Positions 28,687-39,640 are shown, numbered from the stretch's first letter. The stretch: 63,719 nt of DNA from a virus (IMGVR_UViG_3300032240_001660:1-63719); one strand, 5' to 3'. The notes: generated by a model not told the origin, from the sequence alone. A program made the numbers and translations.

Positions 28687-31341
28687 CTATGATTCTACTG
28701 TAAGAACAAGTTCGTTCTCAGCGATAATCTCGTCTAATGTTACTTCTGTTGCAACTGCGGTGTATGCAGTATTAATTACAACTAACTCTTGTGTATTTGC
28801 AGTAATTGAGAACGCATTGCTTACAGTAAATACTGTGTTACTGATAATCGCATTAATCATACGAATCTCAGAATTAACTGCAATGTAAGAACCAACAGTC
28901 ATAATGCCAATTGAGTTTGCGACATTAAACTTGGTTCCTGAACCAACTACAACAATACTTCCATTTACATTAACTGTACCTGATAATGACCTGATTGTCG
29001 TTGGTGCAACAATCGTATTTGTCGTAACTTCAGATTGTGGTAATGTATTAAATGTTTCCCATTCCGCATAAGCTTTAAACCCAGCAGGATGTAATAATTC
29101 TTTAAAGATTTTCTTGTATTTAGAGAACTCTATAAACGAACTTGTCAAATACGAATAATTAACATAGAAATTTCTACCTTGAATCTTTCTGTCGCTTGAT
29201 AGAATACCATCTGAGCTTGTCCATCTGCCTGGTAATGAATCGTATGTTGGAGACAACTGAACATTAGCAGTAGCAGTTCCGTCACCAAATCCAGACAAAT
29301 CAATTTGGGGAATAATGGTAATTCCTGCACCTGGATCAATGATAGAGATTCTCTCAATTTCACCTGGTCGTTTTGTACCACGACCTTCTAATACTTCTCC
29401 ATCTCCCATAATACAATACGCAGAGATATTTGCATTTGCACCGGCAACGGATGATACTGTTATGAGAGGAAGTCTATCTGGTTTATAGTTTTGTCCACCA
29501 ACTGGATTCACACCATATTTTCTAATTCGTCTTTGTTCAACAAAACTAACTGAAAATGCAGTATTCACATTGAATGAAGTATTCGAATCAACTTTAACTA
29601 CTTTTCTAGTTTCCCATGAACTGACACCTGTGTTACCCGTTTGAATAACAACTAAATCACCAACGGCCAAATCAGTTAAGAATGTGGTGTTGTTTCCTTG
29701 AATAGTTGTATTCGATAATGAATATACATTAACTGTACCAGTTAACTTGGGTGGCAATAGTAAAACACTTTTAATTTTACCTGTTGCATCAATGTCTGCA
29801 ACTTCACCTGTTGCACCAACACCAAATGCCATTCTGTTTGGTGGGTTAGTAAAAATTAATTCATCACCAAGTGCATAACCTGAACCTCCATCATTAACAA
29901 TTAGTTTACCAATTGAACCATAACTATCAATTTTCACAACTGTGCTTGTTGTAGTATTTGCGGTCAATGGAGATATCGTTATATCTGCCGGTTCTGCATA
30001 CAAATCTGGAACAACGGACAAAACTACATTCGATGTAATGATGGCAACATTTGAAATTGCACCAATTGATGTAAATGCACTATTACTTAATGCTCTTGCA
30101 ATGACTGTGTTTACATTAGTTTTTCCTGCAACATTGCCAGGAAAATGCCAATCACTTACACTTAAAATTGTGTTCGCTGGGTCAACATCAGAAATAACAT
30201 CTGAGTAAATAAAGAATGAACTTGCAACTGAATTTGCGCCATTGGCAAAGACTGCTTGTATAGCAAATTCTAATTCAGTATTCGCATAACCAACTGCATA
30301 GATTGGTTTAGGTACTTTAAATCCCGCACCACCATCTAAAACATTTACCTTATTGATTGCACCACTAAAGACTTTTGAAATAATTGCTTTAGGTTGTTCT
30401 GTTGCATTAGGTGAATTAAGTGGAACTGGATCACCAACAACATAACTTGAACCACCATCAATAACATTAATGGCAACAACCGATGATAGACCTCTAAAAT
30501 AGACATAGAGTATTCCGTCATCTATATCAAAAGTATCAGCTTTAATTAATTCACCAATTGAAAATTCACCATCAAGTGTATTTTCATCAATATAAAATTC
30601 ATGGATTAGTTTATTACTAAGAACTTGTGAACCTACACGCTCAACAATTGCACTTGCACCAGAAGTAACACCGGTAAGTTTTCTTGTTTTAACTACTTCA
30701 AAATTAAAATTAGTAAATTTAACTTTAATTTCAATACCATTTGCAGGTGCAGTATTAAAATATAATTTTTGTATTTCTTTTCGAACAAAGTAACCAGTTG
30801 TTTGTAATACACCATTAAAATATACTGAAATGCCCGTATCAGTTACAACAGGTAATTTAAATTCTTTAGTTGTTCCGTTACCGGTGTGTAAAACAAACGC
30901 TTCGTCATTTACTTTAACATATCTTTCAAGTAACCATTTACCATCAGAAGCACGAAGAACTTCAGATTTAGGATATGTAACTGATACTTCATTACCAAAC
31001 AATAATCTGAAAAGAAGTTTAAATGAATTCTCAGAACCTTTTGAAAGGTAAAGAGGTAAAACATTTTTAATTAAAAGAGCTTTATCTGCGGCAACATCTC
31101 TCGGTACAAGAGATGCATACATGTTAAAAAAAGATTCTTCAAATTCTTCAATTGAATCGTCAACATCCGATAAGTTACGGATTTCTTTTGCTCTTTTAGT
31201 TAAATCGTTAAGTTGTGTTCCCTGTTTTGTTTCAAGGTATTCATAATATGCCTCTAAAAATGTAATAAAAACAGGATTCTCTTCCCGAATAAATTCAGGA
31301 ACTTGACGATTAACAAGTAATGAGGTTTTGTAATCAGCCAT
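28687..31341 (-). CDS. gp7: Baseplate wedge initiator gp7-like
   Basis: QVPEFIRE..F..FLEAYYEYLE, Y.SKGSE.SF..LFRLLF, LRASDGKW, YSY..K..LHPAGFK. Confidence 0.8.
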   Translation of the reverse strand: MADYKTSLLVNRQVPEFIREENPVFITFLEAYYEYLETKQGTQLNDLTKRAKEIRNLSDVDDSIEEFEESFFNMYASLVPRDVAADKALLIKNVLPLYLSKGSENSFKLLFRLLFGNEVSVTYPKSEVLRASDGKWLLERYVKVNDEAFVLHTGNGTTKEFKLPVVTDTGISVYFNGVLQTTGYFVRKEIQKLYFNTAPANGIEIKVKFTNFNFEVVKTRKLTGVTSGASAIVERVGSQVLSNKLIHEFYIDENTLDGEFSIGELIKADTFDIDDGILYVYFRGLSSVVAINVIDGGSSYVVGDPVPLNSPNATEQPKAIISKVFSGAINKVNVLDGGAGFKVPKPIYAVGYANTELEFAIQAVFANGANSVASSFFIYSDVISDVDPANTILSVSDWHFPGNVAGKTNVNTVIARALSNSAFTSIGAISNVAIITSNVVLSVVPDLYAEPADITISPLTANTTTSTVVKIDSYGSIGKLIVNDGGSGYALGDELIFTNPPNRMAFGVGATGEVADIDATGKIKSVLLLPPKLTGTVNVYSLSNTTIQGNNTTFLTDLAVGDLVVIQTGNTGVSSWETRKVVKVDSNTSFNVNTAFSVSFVEQRRIRKYGVNPVGGQNYKPDRLPLITVSSVAGANANISAYCIMGDGEVLEGRGTKRPGEIERISIIDPGAGITIIPQIDLSGFGDGTATANVQLSPTYDSLPGRWTSSDGILSSDRKIQGRNFYVNYSYLTSSFIEFSKYKKIFKELLHPAGFKAYAEWETFNTLPQSEVTTNTIVAPTTIRSLSGTVNVNGSIVVVGSGTKFNVANSIGIMTVGSYIAVNSEIRMINAIISNTVFTVSNAFSITANTQELVVINTAYTAVATEVTLDEIIAENELVLTVES

Positions 31342-33398
31342 TAAATTGCAACTAATTCAGTAGAGATTGATGTTGGGTCTGCTTCGTCAATAGTAATAAT
31401 AGTATTCTTTGACGATGTAAGAATACCTTTTTGAGATTTAACTGTCAATCGAATTAAACCATCTGGTTCTTTAGAAGAAATAACACGGAAGTCATTCAAT
31501 ACAATCACACCATTTGTGTAATCAATTGTACCGGCAGTTGCATTAATAATTTTCTTCTTTGCGTTTTCATCATAATAGTAAGTTCTCATTTTGCCATATC
31601 GTGCATCTAGTACCGCAATTGCAGTTGCACCATAACCATTGCCACCAGTAATAGTAATAATAGCACGGGTGTAATCGACACCACGATTTGAAATTGTGAT
31701 ACTTTCAATGCGGCCGTTTACAACTTTCGCAGTTGCTTCTGCGCCAGTACCATCACCACTAATTGTGACTGTTGGTGTGCCTGTATATCCAGTACCTGGA
31801 TTTGCAACTTGAATTTCTGAAATACCAGTAAATGAATCGGCAATTTCTTCTATCTGTGCAGTTCTAAGAATACCATATTGGTCATAGACATTGAATTCTG
31901 TTGACACTAATCTATCATTAACTGTACCACGATTTAATTCTGCATTAAAATTAATTGTGTATGTTTTGGCAATACTTAGGTTTGGTTCAAATCTTTTCTG
32001 TAAACGAATGATTGTTTCCGAACCACGAATAGAATTAATGTCAACATTGTCAACAGAATCTTGCAGTTTAGAAAGAACAAATATAGAACCAAACTTACTT
32101 AAAATTGTAGAGTTATAAACACCAATTGAAGTGCGGATTGCATTTCTAATTGAGTCTGCACTTTGAGTTGTTTTGTTTTTATCGTATTCAACATAATTAC
32201 TAATCAACAAATACAAATATTCGGGGTCACGAATTTCGGCATCAACAGAAACAATTGCTTTTGGTTTGATGATATCATCAATAATTCGTTTCTTTTCTGT
32301 TGGTGTAATATAGTAATTTGCCTTAGGCTTAATTGCAATATAAACTTTTCCATAAACAGGAGGTGTTTCATCTTCACCACCCCATACAGATAGTGAATCA
32401 ATTGCAGGATAATTTCTTCTCAAATAAGATTCATAATCTTTAAATGTTACCAATCTATTTTGAGTTGTAAATTGTGCTGCGGAATTAAATTTAATTTCAT
32501 CAATTGATTCTCTTACTGAACCACCAGAGGCGGCAGATACAGGTCTAATATTAAAATTAGTTAGACTTTCATTTAGTGAATCTGTTAATGAAGATGAACC
32601 AATAAAGTTATTGGCTTTATTTGCATTTGTTCCGTTTGTAACAAGGTAACGAACTGAAACTACTGCACCATCGGGCAGTTTTTTACCAACGATATCATTA
32701 CCAAAATAAATTTGGAATTTACCACTCTTATTTTCTTGTAGGTAGAAAACATCACTAGTTGAAGAAACATCAAGTATGTCTGTAACTTTGGAATAAACTG
32801 CAATTTGAGTATTACCAACAGCAGGTCTTACTGATACTCTAATTGTTGTGGTATCAATATTAGATTCGGGTAAAGAAAAAATCTGTTTTGGATTTGTAGA
32901 TTGATTGTGTGTAAAGTTATATGTTACAAGTTGGCCTTCATAAAGGTCGACATTCTCAAAGTAGTATTGGGAATTTGCTTTTGAAACAATCGTATCTTCC
33001 AAAACAACAAAACTGTAAGCACTACCATCAATCTGATTAGATAAGAATCCATAACCAGAAGGTAAAGTTAAATAACCGGTATTAGATGTAGATGAATTAA
33101 CAGTCAAGTTAATTGTTGCAATAGGTGCTCTCTGTGAATATGGAGTATAACCTAATTTTTTAGCATGTGAAACAACAGAATCACGCAACAAAGCCGTATC
33201 AAGGAACGACTCATTCGCAACCATGTTTAGATAGTATGCATTGTAGTGGGTATTGTAAGCAAGAATATCCAACAGAACGGACAGACCAGAACCCTCAAAG
33301 TCATAGTCTGTAAACTCGTTTTGTTGATTTAAAAACGCTTTTAAATTGTTCTTGATTGTATCAAAATCAAGTTCGGTAACTCTTAAACGGTCTGCCAT
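31341..33398 (-). CDS. gp6: Baseplate wedge subunit gp6
   Basis: ELDFDTIK.NLK.FL..Q.EFTDYDFEGSGLSVLLDILAYNTHY; QNRLVT..DY; WGGE..PP.YGKV. Confidence 0.95.
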   Translation of the reverse strand: MADRLRVTELDFDTIKNNLKAFLNQQNEFTDYDFEGSGLSVLLDILAYNTHYNAYYLNMVANESFLDTALLRDSVVSHAKKLGYTPYSQRAPIATINLTVNSSTSNTGYLTLPSGYGFLSNQIDGSAYSFVVLEDTIVSKANSQYYFENVDLYEGQLVTYNFTHNQSTNPKQIFSLPESNIDTTTIRVSVRPAVGNTQIAVYSKVTDILDVSSTSDVFYLQENKSGKFQIYFGNDIVGKKLPDGAVVSVRYLVTNGTNANKANNFIGSSSLTDSLNESLTNFNIRPVSAASGGSVRESIDEIKFNSAAQFTTQNRLVTFKDYESYLRRNYPAIDSLSVWGGEDETPPVYGKVYIAIKPKANYYITPTEKKRIIDDIIKPKAIVSVDAEIRDPEYLYLLISNYVEYDKNKTTQSADSIRNAIRTSIGVYNSTILSKFGSIFVLSKLQDSVDNVDINSIRGSETIIRLQKRFEPNLSIAKTYTINFNAELNRGTVNDRLVSTEFNVYDQYGILRTAQIEEIADSFTGISEIQVANPGTGYTGTPTVTISGDGTGAEATAKVVNGRIESITISNRGVDYTRAIITITGGNGYGATAIAVLDARYGKMRTYYYDENAKKKIINATAGTIDYTNGVIVLNDFRVISSKEPDGLIRLTVKSQKGILTSSKNTIITIDEADPTSISTELVAI

Positions 33399-33400
33399 GT

Positions 33401-33811
33401 TTATCTAATCCGTTCTAGGAAAAATTTAATTGTAATTGGGTCTGGACTGTTGACAACAAAGAATTCCAATATAACATTGTATCTATTATCATCAGGAGAT
33501 GCAGTTGTTGTAACTTTAGAGACTTGAACTCTTGGTTCGAAATTGACAATCGTTTCTTCAATTTCTCTTTCAATTTGCGCCGCCATAACGGAGTCAACAT
33601 TCTCGAATAACATACGGCGAATGTTACTGCCTATTTCTGGTCTAAAAGGGCGCTCATAATGATTAGTCAAAATAAGATTTTTAACCGCATTAATAACTGC
33701 ATATTCGTTGATATGCTTATTGATATCTTTGCGAACTGGATGCGCTGTAAAATTCAAATCCAAGTCTTTGAATGTTCTTGCGGAATTGATATTTGTTGTT
33801 ATTGTCGCCAT
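33401..33811 (-). CDS. gp25: Baseplate wedge subunit gp25
   Basis: FKDLDLNF..HP, AVKNLILTN.YERPF.P.IGS, FEPRV, FLERIR. Confidence 0.93.
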   Translation of the reverse strand: MATITTNINSARTFKDLDLNFTAHPVRKDINKHINEYAVINAVKNLILTNHYERPFRPEIGSNIRRMLFENVDSVMAAQIEREIEETIVNFEPRVQVSKVTTTASPDDNRYNVILEFFVVNSPDPITIKFFLERIR

Positions 33812-33822
33812 CTTCTATTTAT

Positions 33823-34137
33823 TCAACCTCCGGCAAATACATTACCCGAACCAGCAGTAATTGTGTTAGGACCATAATCATCTCCAATTCTTCCAACACC
33901 TTTTCCGCCAATTTTAACTGTTGACGAATAACCAGATAGAGTTGAAGTGTCAATTGTGCATCCTCTTTTAGGATGCGGTGCAATTGTATTACCTGCAACA
34001 ACAATTAAGATACCATTTGCAAAAACATTATTTCCATTAACTTCTGCCACAGATGTTTTCATAGGAGTCGGACAGTTTCTACCTGGTCCACCATCTTGTG
34101 ATAACACAGAATCTCCTGCTCTAGCAACTGATGGCAT
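33823..34137 (-). CDS. PAAR spike-tip protein (gp5.4-like); start revised to MPSVAR
   Basis: PSVARAGD, VFANG, STVKIGGKGVGRIGD, GSGNVFAG; TAATG overlap with the upstream stop. Confidence 0.85.
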   Translation of the reverse strand: MPSVARAGDSVLSQDGGPGRNCPTPMKTSVAEVNGNNVFANGILIVVAGNTIAPHPKRGCTIDTSTLSGYSSTVKIGGKGVGRIGDDYGPNTITAGSGNVFAGG

Positions 34138-34712
34138 TATTGTTTTCCTCTTGAAACCAAATTTTTTACTGCGGCTACGGCAGACTGATACTTCCAGTAA
34201 TGCCATTCTGTCAAATTAATAGACACATTTTGTTTAGGTTCAATACCTGCTGCATCAACTGAGATAGTCACAGGATATGTTTCTTCTCTGGATGTTGGCG
34301 TTGGCATATTGTATTCAACCAACGCAAAAAAATCTTCTGTTGTGTCTGGTGGTAATATTTTAAATGTACCATCAGGCATTCTAAATCTGTAATAAGCACC
34401 CGGAAATAAATTTGCAGTTGTGCCACTAATTTTTGCAGTAGTATTGGATGTTTTTGTGTATGTCAGTCCAATAGATGCAAAATCATACGAACAAGAATGA
34501 TTAGTCACATTTGCAACAACATTATTTCCTGTTCCATCATCTGCTTCGGCAGTATATGTTATATCTACTGAAATTGTGCTTCCTTCCCATGCAGATTTTA
34601 CTGCTCTCGAAAGAAGAATTGGGTCAGTAATATAACTATAAGCATCATTAGGAATTTCACCAGTTGGAAATCCCGATTCATTGGAAAATGATACGATAAC
34701 ATTTGCTGACAT
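34137..34712 (-). CDS. Hypothetical baseplate-associated protein
   Basis: Between gp5 and PAAR and coupled to both. Confidence 0.55.
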   Translation of the reverse strand: MSANVIVSFSNESGFPTGEIPNDAYSYITDPILLSRAVKSAWEGSTISVDITYTAEADDGTGNNVVANVTNHSCSYDFASIGLTYTKTSNTTAKISGTTANLFPGAYYRFRMPDGTFKILPPDTTEDFFALVEYNMPTPTSREETYPVTISVDAAGIEPKQNVSINLTEWHYWKYQSAVAAVKNLVSRGKQ

Positions 34713-34713
34713 A

Positions 34714-35916
34714 TTAGTTCAGATTAATTGTACCGGCATTGACACTAAAGTTACCCGCAGAAATATTATAATCTCCACCAACATCAGATGTTTTACTTCC
34801 ACCAACTGTCTCTGAACAATCACCACCAATATCTAATGTGGCATCTCCGTCAATAGTTGCACTTAAATCACCATCAACTTGTGCAGTAACACTACCATTT
34901 ACTGTGGCATCAACATTACCATCAACTTGTGCAGTAACATTACCATTTACTGTGGCATCAACATCACCTTTAACTAATGCAGTAACATTACCATCAACTT
35001 GTGCATCTACATCACCAACAACATATGCGGTGAGATTTTCATCAACTCTTGCATATAGGTTCTTTTGAACATAAATTTCCGCATCACCTTGAACTGTAAT
35101 TTTACAATCACCCATAACATATAGGTGGTCGTCTTCCATAACAATAGAATATCTACCTTTGGTAATCTTTTCTACTCTGTCGCCATCGGGAAACCATTCC
35201 GTAAAACTTCCATTTCGATGTGCAATATGAATTCTTTCTAAACCGGGTGTGTCATCATATTCAACAATATGACCAGATTCAGTTTCCATAACATTGTTGT
35301 ATGGATAAACGGCATCATATAATGTTTCTGGTTCATCCCAATTACTTAATTCTTCTTCTTTATTGTATGTCTTTATTTCTTTAACGACATTATCTTTTCG
35401 TTCTTGGATAAATGTTTCTGTAATTGTCTCTGCATCATTTCTTGCAATGCGAGAAGTTGAAGGTTCATCCAAATAAATTGGATTTGGATCCGCTTGTGGT
35501 TTTTCGTTTATTACTATACCTGTGCCATCCTCAACATATTCTTTTGATTCGGGTGGTCTTGGTGCATCAGTTAAATCTTCTCTTGGGTCACTAAATGCTT
35601 CTTCTGGATTTGCCTCTTTAAGGGGAATACTTGAAAATTGACCAAACACAATTCTTGTTTGAGCGGCATCACCGTCTGCAAAAAAACCAAGAACCATATC
35701 GCCTTCTCTACAAGCATATGGATTTACATTGTTTACTGGAAATGCAACTTGAGCCCAAGGTAATGCATCAGTTGGAAGTTGCATTTTATTGTCCGCATCC
35801 CAACCAACACATCTAACTTTAAGGCGACCTAGTTTGAGTGGATCCATCCTATCTTCAACAAATCCAACCCACCAAATAAATCCATTTTTACCTGCAACAT
35901 CTGATTGATTATCCAT
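34714..35916 (-). CDS. gp5: Baseplate hub/spike gp5 (OB-fold plus beta-helix, no lysozyme domain)
   Basis: WWVG.VEDR.DP..LGR.KVR, LPWA, YPYNNV.ETESGH..EYDDTPG.ERI..HR.G; 8-residue VxGNVxAx repeats. Confidence 0.92.
   Translation of the reverse strand: MDNQSDVAGKNGFIWWVGFVEDRMDPLKLGRLKVRCVGWDADNKMQLPTDALPWAQVAFPVNNVNPYACREGDMVLGFFADGDAAQTRIVFGQFSSIPLKEANPEEAFSDPREDLTDAPRPPESKEYVEDGTGIVINEKPQADPNPIYLDEPSTSRIARNDAETITETFIQERKDNVVKEIKTYNKEEELSNWDEPETLYDAVYPYNNVMETESGHIVEYDDTPGLERIHIAHRNGSFTEWFPDGDRVEKITKGRYSIVMEDDHLYVMGDCKITVQGDAEIYVQKNLYARVDENLTAYVVGDVDAQVDGNVTALVKGDVDATVNGNVTAQVDGNVDATVNGSVTAQVDGDLSATIDGDATLDIGGDCSETVGGSKTSDVGGDYNISAGNFSVNAGTINLN
34871..34966. repeat. Two near-identical 48-bp tandem units in the gp5 beta-helix
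   Basis: ccatcaacttgtgcagtaaca(c/t)taccatttactgtggcatcaacat(t/c)a at 34871 and 34919. Confidence 0.85.
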
Positions 35917-35917
35917 A

Positions 35918-37249
35918 TTAATAACTCAAAAGGTCCTCTTGTTGTTCCGAACTACTCATAGTAACTTCAACATCAGAAGATGTAGTTGCTACCTCAATAA
36001 TTGTTTCGTGTTTTTCGTAACCAATAATTTGGCGTGATGCCACGATAATATATTTACCACTTAAACTCTTATCTTCATTGTCATCACCTTTGAATTTTTT
36101 ACCAAAAATAGGTGCATCAACATTCACATTAAATCCTGAAGTCAATTGAAAGTTTCCTGGCATAGCAATTTTAAGTCTTTTGGACATAAGGTTTTCAATA
36201 ATTGCTTTTCGTTGAAACATCCATGATTCGGTGTTGTCTAATTTTGATAATGATGTTGGATCTTTTTCTTTAATATAATTACTAAAATTTTGTGCTAAAC
36301 TAAAAGCGGATAATGCTTTCTTTGAATCATACGCTTCAACATTACTTACACCACCACGATTTTTAATTATAGATGCATTTGGATTATCATTTGCTTTATC
36401 CATTGTTGCATCCACATCAGCATATCCAATTTCTTTTTTTGCAGTTGTTCTTGTGAGTGGATCAAAACCAATGAATTGCCCGGCATTAACACCAGACCTT
36501 TGTTTTGAAATACTGTCGGCTTGTTTTACAACTTCAAATGCTCTTGCTGAACTGATTTCTGCAAATGCACTACCCTTTGATTGATTTTTAGGTGCAAATT
36601 TAACATCCAATATTTCTTCTTGTGTTAATAACATAGACAATGGTGCAAAATTAAAACCAATTAAATTTTGAAAGAATAGGTAATTAGGTGCTTGTTTTTG
36701 GTCCAAACTTCTTTTTGCACACCATTCTATGGCTTCAATTGGTCTTAAATTTGGGATAACTATATTTCGAATACCAACAGTATCTTCAAAAATGCCATCC
36801 GATTCTCCAGATGGAACACCCAAATAATCTTCTAAAATTTTCTCAACAACTTTACCATATGTGTTGTCGTATGACTGATTAACTCTTTGTTGGTCTGAAT
36901 ACATCAATTCATCGGAACAAAAATGTAAGATGTAAAGTTCGCTATTTAAACCATCATTTTTACGAGTAGATTGTTTGTAAATGCGAAATGCTTTTTTAAA
37001 CGAACCAATATCAGAATTACTGTCTTTAGCAATATCAATTAGAATAGATTCAGAACCATCAAACAATAAACTGCCAGACAAACCTGCAGCATCACGGATT
37101 AAAATATTTCCACTCATAACAGGCAAAAATAAAGAATCGAAGATGTTTATTTCTTCATAGATGACCGAAATATCAATTGGCCCGGCTTTAGTAACAATCG
37201 TCAATTCATTTATTTTGAATTGCGTTGATTTACCCATTGTTAAACTCAT
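35918..37249 (-). CDS. Baseplate hub protein (gp27/gpD-like)
   Basis: Lies between gp53 and gp5; EINIFDS..SG.I.I.D, YLFFQN..GFNF, SGKYII..RQII. Confidence 0.6.
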   Translation of the reverse strand: MSLTMGKSTQFKINELTIVTKAGPIDISVIYEEINIFDSLFLPVMSGNILIRDAAGLSGSLLFDGSESILIDIAKDSNSDIGSFKKAFRIYKQSTRKNDGLNSELYILHFCSDELMYSDQQRVNQSYDNTYGKVVEKILEDYLGVPSGESDGIFEDTVGIRNIVIPNLRPIEAIEWCAKRSLDQKQAPNYLFFQNLIGFNFAPLSMLLTQEEILDVKFAPKNQSKGSAFAEISSARAFEVVKQADSISKQRSGVNAGQFIGFDPLTRTTAKKEIGYADVDATMDKANDNPNASIIKNRGGVSNVEAYDSKKALSAFSLAQNFSNYIKEKDPTSLSKLDNTESWMFQRKAIIENLMSKRLKIAMPGNFQLTSGFNVNVDAPIFGKKFKGDDNEDKSLSGKYIIVASRQIIGYEKHETIIEVATTSSDVEVTMSSSEQQEDLLSY

Positions 37250-37902
37250 GCTTTAATGACCTTCTTAAATTCTTTTTCTACCGCAGTAACAAATTCTGGT
37301 TTTAATAATTTAATAGTTCGTTTACTATCATTAACTGCAATTTCATATTGATAGTATGATTGCGTTTCTTTTGATACAATTTGAGTTATTTTACTACCAT
37401 CTTGTAAATTATAGTCAATATTACTTGTGGCAGTATTTGCATATGTGTTAGCATCCAGTTGAATCTTTTCAACTATTTTTACATCATCTACATTTATTCT
37501 TGTAATTACTTTATAATATGCTTGAACATTACTTGGTGACATAGCCCAAGTTAAACCTTTTACAGATGTGTTTGCGGTATCTGCATATTGAGGTGCGGAA
37601 TATTTTGTATCAATATAATCAACCAATACTCTATCTTTAAGTGGCCAATCAAATTGTGGGTCGTAAATGTCGTTAAACATTAAAACAATCCAATGTCTTT
37701 CTGAGTTTTCATAATATTTGGATGCAATAATTTCTGGTGTATCGCCATCTTTGATATCGTATTTGTAAAATGCGGAAGAATTTTCTTTAAGTGTAGATTC
37801 AAATCCAAATCTTGCAATAATATTTGTTACAGTATCTAAACCTGCCGATGAGTTGTTGGCAGTATAAAGTGTTTTTGGAAAGTAATTAAAATATTTTGAC
37901 AT
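37246..37902 (-). CDS. gp53: Baseplate wedge gp53
   Basis: YF..FP, Y.IKDGDTPEIIA.KYY..HWIVL..N.I.DP..DWP, YE...ND.KR.IKLLKP. Confidence 0.92.
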   Translation of the reverse strand: MSKYFNYFPKTLYTANNSSAGLDTVTNIIARFGFESTLKENSSAFYKYDIKDGDTPEIIASKYYENSERHWIVLMFNDIYDPQFDWPLKDRVLVDYIDTKYSAPQYADTANTSVKGLTWAMSPSNVQAYYKVITRINVDDVKIVEKIQLDANTYANTATSNIDYNLQDGSKITQIVSKETQSYYQYEIAVNDSKRTIKLLKPEFVTAVEKEFKKVIKA

Positions 37903-39176
37903 TAACTACCTCTTGCCAATGTATCTGCATTTGCGAAATCATCTCTAAAATCTGCCTTTGTTAAGTATGTCATTTCTTGGAATTGCAATGTAGCTTGAAT
38001 TGATACTGGCATACCTGTGCGACCCAAATAAGGTTCGTTTTCACCAGGTGTCTCATATGCAGCCCAACCATTTGGTGCATAGTTGATATCAAGTGTAGTC
38101 AATACGCAAGTTGCAATTTGTGGAATGTTAGGATTTTCTTTACCGGAATTATAAAATTTAATATCAAACTCTGAAGGAGGAACTAAAAAACCTCCTGCAT
38201 TTTTCATTAGTTCTGGTGCTTGATGGAAACGAAGTCTTTCTAAAATTCTTTGAACTTCTAACGCTTCTCTTTCATCTCTCGGATAAAATGTAAAATCAAA
38301 TTGGAATGTTCTAAAATTAGGAGACTTGTAAACCATTTCCAACATTGGATTTTGCACACGACCTGTTGAAGCTAAAATTGCTTGACCTGTTTGAGCACTA
38401 CCTAACGCTTCTGCAACGGCAGTACCTGCTTTTTGTTTACCAATTTCTGTGGCAGTTTTACCTATCGCACTAAGACCTTCTGCACCACCATTTTGGAAAG
38501 CATCATAAACTGATTTACCACCGGCAAGTGCTTGACCACCTAATTCACTACCTAAATTCAATTGGTCATAAGATTGTGAATAATTGTATTGTAATGTGTC
38601 TGGCATATACAACGCAATTGCATCTGTTGTGAGTTTAGTTGTTCTTAAAAAATCTAAACTACCGCCAGTGATTCTTTTAATTGAATTATCGATAAGTGAT
38701 TGTGTGGCAACAGAACCACCACCTAAACTGATATTTGCTTGGCCAAAAATATTACCAATACCACCTGTGATACCACCAATAATACCACCTGCGGCTTTAC
38801 TAATTGCACTTGTAATACCACTTAAAACGCCGCCTGTTTTTTGATTGAGTTGGTTTAATCCATTATTAATTTTACCCATTAATTCATTACCAAAATTTGT
38901 TGCTAATTTTTGTGGGTTGGCCAAGTTTGCTAAATCAAAAGCTGGTCCTAAACCACCACTAGCACCAAAATCGGAAACTGTGGTTCTTTTAAAACTAGAC
39001 TCTTTCTGTTCACGGATATAAAAAATAACATAGTGTGATTTGTCCGTATTACCAATATCTAATGGATAACGGAGTGTAGTTCTTTCAAATTGACTGCCAG
39101 AAAGGCTAGACAAAGGACCTATTCTGTTTCCAGAACTTTTATTAAAAGATATGTCTGAGAATCCAAAAAGCGCCAT
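37902..39176 (-). CDS. gp48: Baseplate tail-tube cap gp48
   Basis: LRYPLD, IALYMP, NP.LE..Y..P.FR.FQF.F.FYPR...EA, CVLT...NY.P.G, LQFQE. Confidence 0.88.
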   Translation of the reverse strand: MALFGFSDISFNKSSGNRIGPLSSLSGSQFERTTLRYPLDIGNTDKSHYVIFYIREQKESSFKRTTVSDFGASGGLGPAFDLANLANPQKLATNFGNELMGKINNGLNQLNQKTGGVLSGITSAISKAAGGIIGGITGGIGNIFGQANISLGGGSVATQSLIDNSIKRITGGSLDFLRTTKLTTDAIALYMPDTLQYNYSQSYDQLNLGSELGGQALAGGKSVYDAFQNGGAEGLSAIGKTATEIGKQKAGTAVAEALGSAQTGQAILASTGRVQNPMLEMVYKSPNFRTFQFDFTFYPRDEREALEVQRILERLRFHQAPELMKNAGGFLVPPSEFDIKFYNSGKENPNIPQIATCVLTTLDINYAPNGWAAYETPGENEPYLGRTGMPVSIQATLQFQEMTYLTKADFRDDFANADTLARGS

Positions 39177-39194
39177 GATTGTCCTATGAAGGGT

Positions 39195-39211
39195 TATAGA
39201 TAATATTTATG
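39195..39211. promoter_or_regulatory. Overlapping divergent late promoters (TATAGATA on +, CATAAATA on -)
   Basis: + motif at 39195-39202 before the gp4 ATG; - TAAATA core at 39204-09 before gp48. Confidence 0.55.
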
Positions 39212-39640
39212 TCATACAAAGGATGGTTTCGTCCAAGAAACCCAAACAAATATAAAGGCGATGCCTCAAACATCGTCTATCGTTCCAATTGGGAACTTCG
39301 GGTAATGAAATACCTTGATGAAAATACTGCCGTCATATGGTGGGCATCTGAGGAGTTGCCGATACCTTATGTGTCGCCAGTTGATAATAAAGTGCATCGT
39401 TACTTTCCAGATTTCATAGTCAGGATCAAACGGAAAGATGGCTCCGAGCAGACTTCAATACTAGAAGTGAAGCCGTATAAACAGACGATGATGCCAACTC
39501 AAAAGCGCAAGACCAAACAATACCTATATGAAGTTACCCAATACGCCATCAATCAAGAAAAGTGGAAAGCTGCCACTTTGTTTTGTAAAGAACATGGATG
39601 GCAGTTTCAAATCATAACAGAAAAAGAACTTGGCATTTGA
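39209..39640 (+). CDS. gp4: Head completion protein gp4 (TnsA-like nuclease fold)
   Basis: Y.G.F.P.NP.KYKGD..NI.YRS.WE, W.SEE..IPY.SP.D..HRYFPDF, EVKP..QT, N..KW.AA. Confidence 0.93.
   Translation: MSYKGWFRPRNPNKYKGDASNIVYRSNWELRVMKYLDENTAVIWWASEELPIPYVSPVDNKVHRYFPDFIVRIKRKDGSEQTSILEVKPYKQTMMPTQKRKTKQYLYEVTQYAINQEKWKAATLFCKEHGWQFQIITEKELGI

Noticed and set aside
39209-39640. Tn7 TnsA transposase or mobile element
   Set aside because: Sequence and position next to gp2 and gp48 match head completion protein gp4; no other transposon features.
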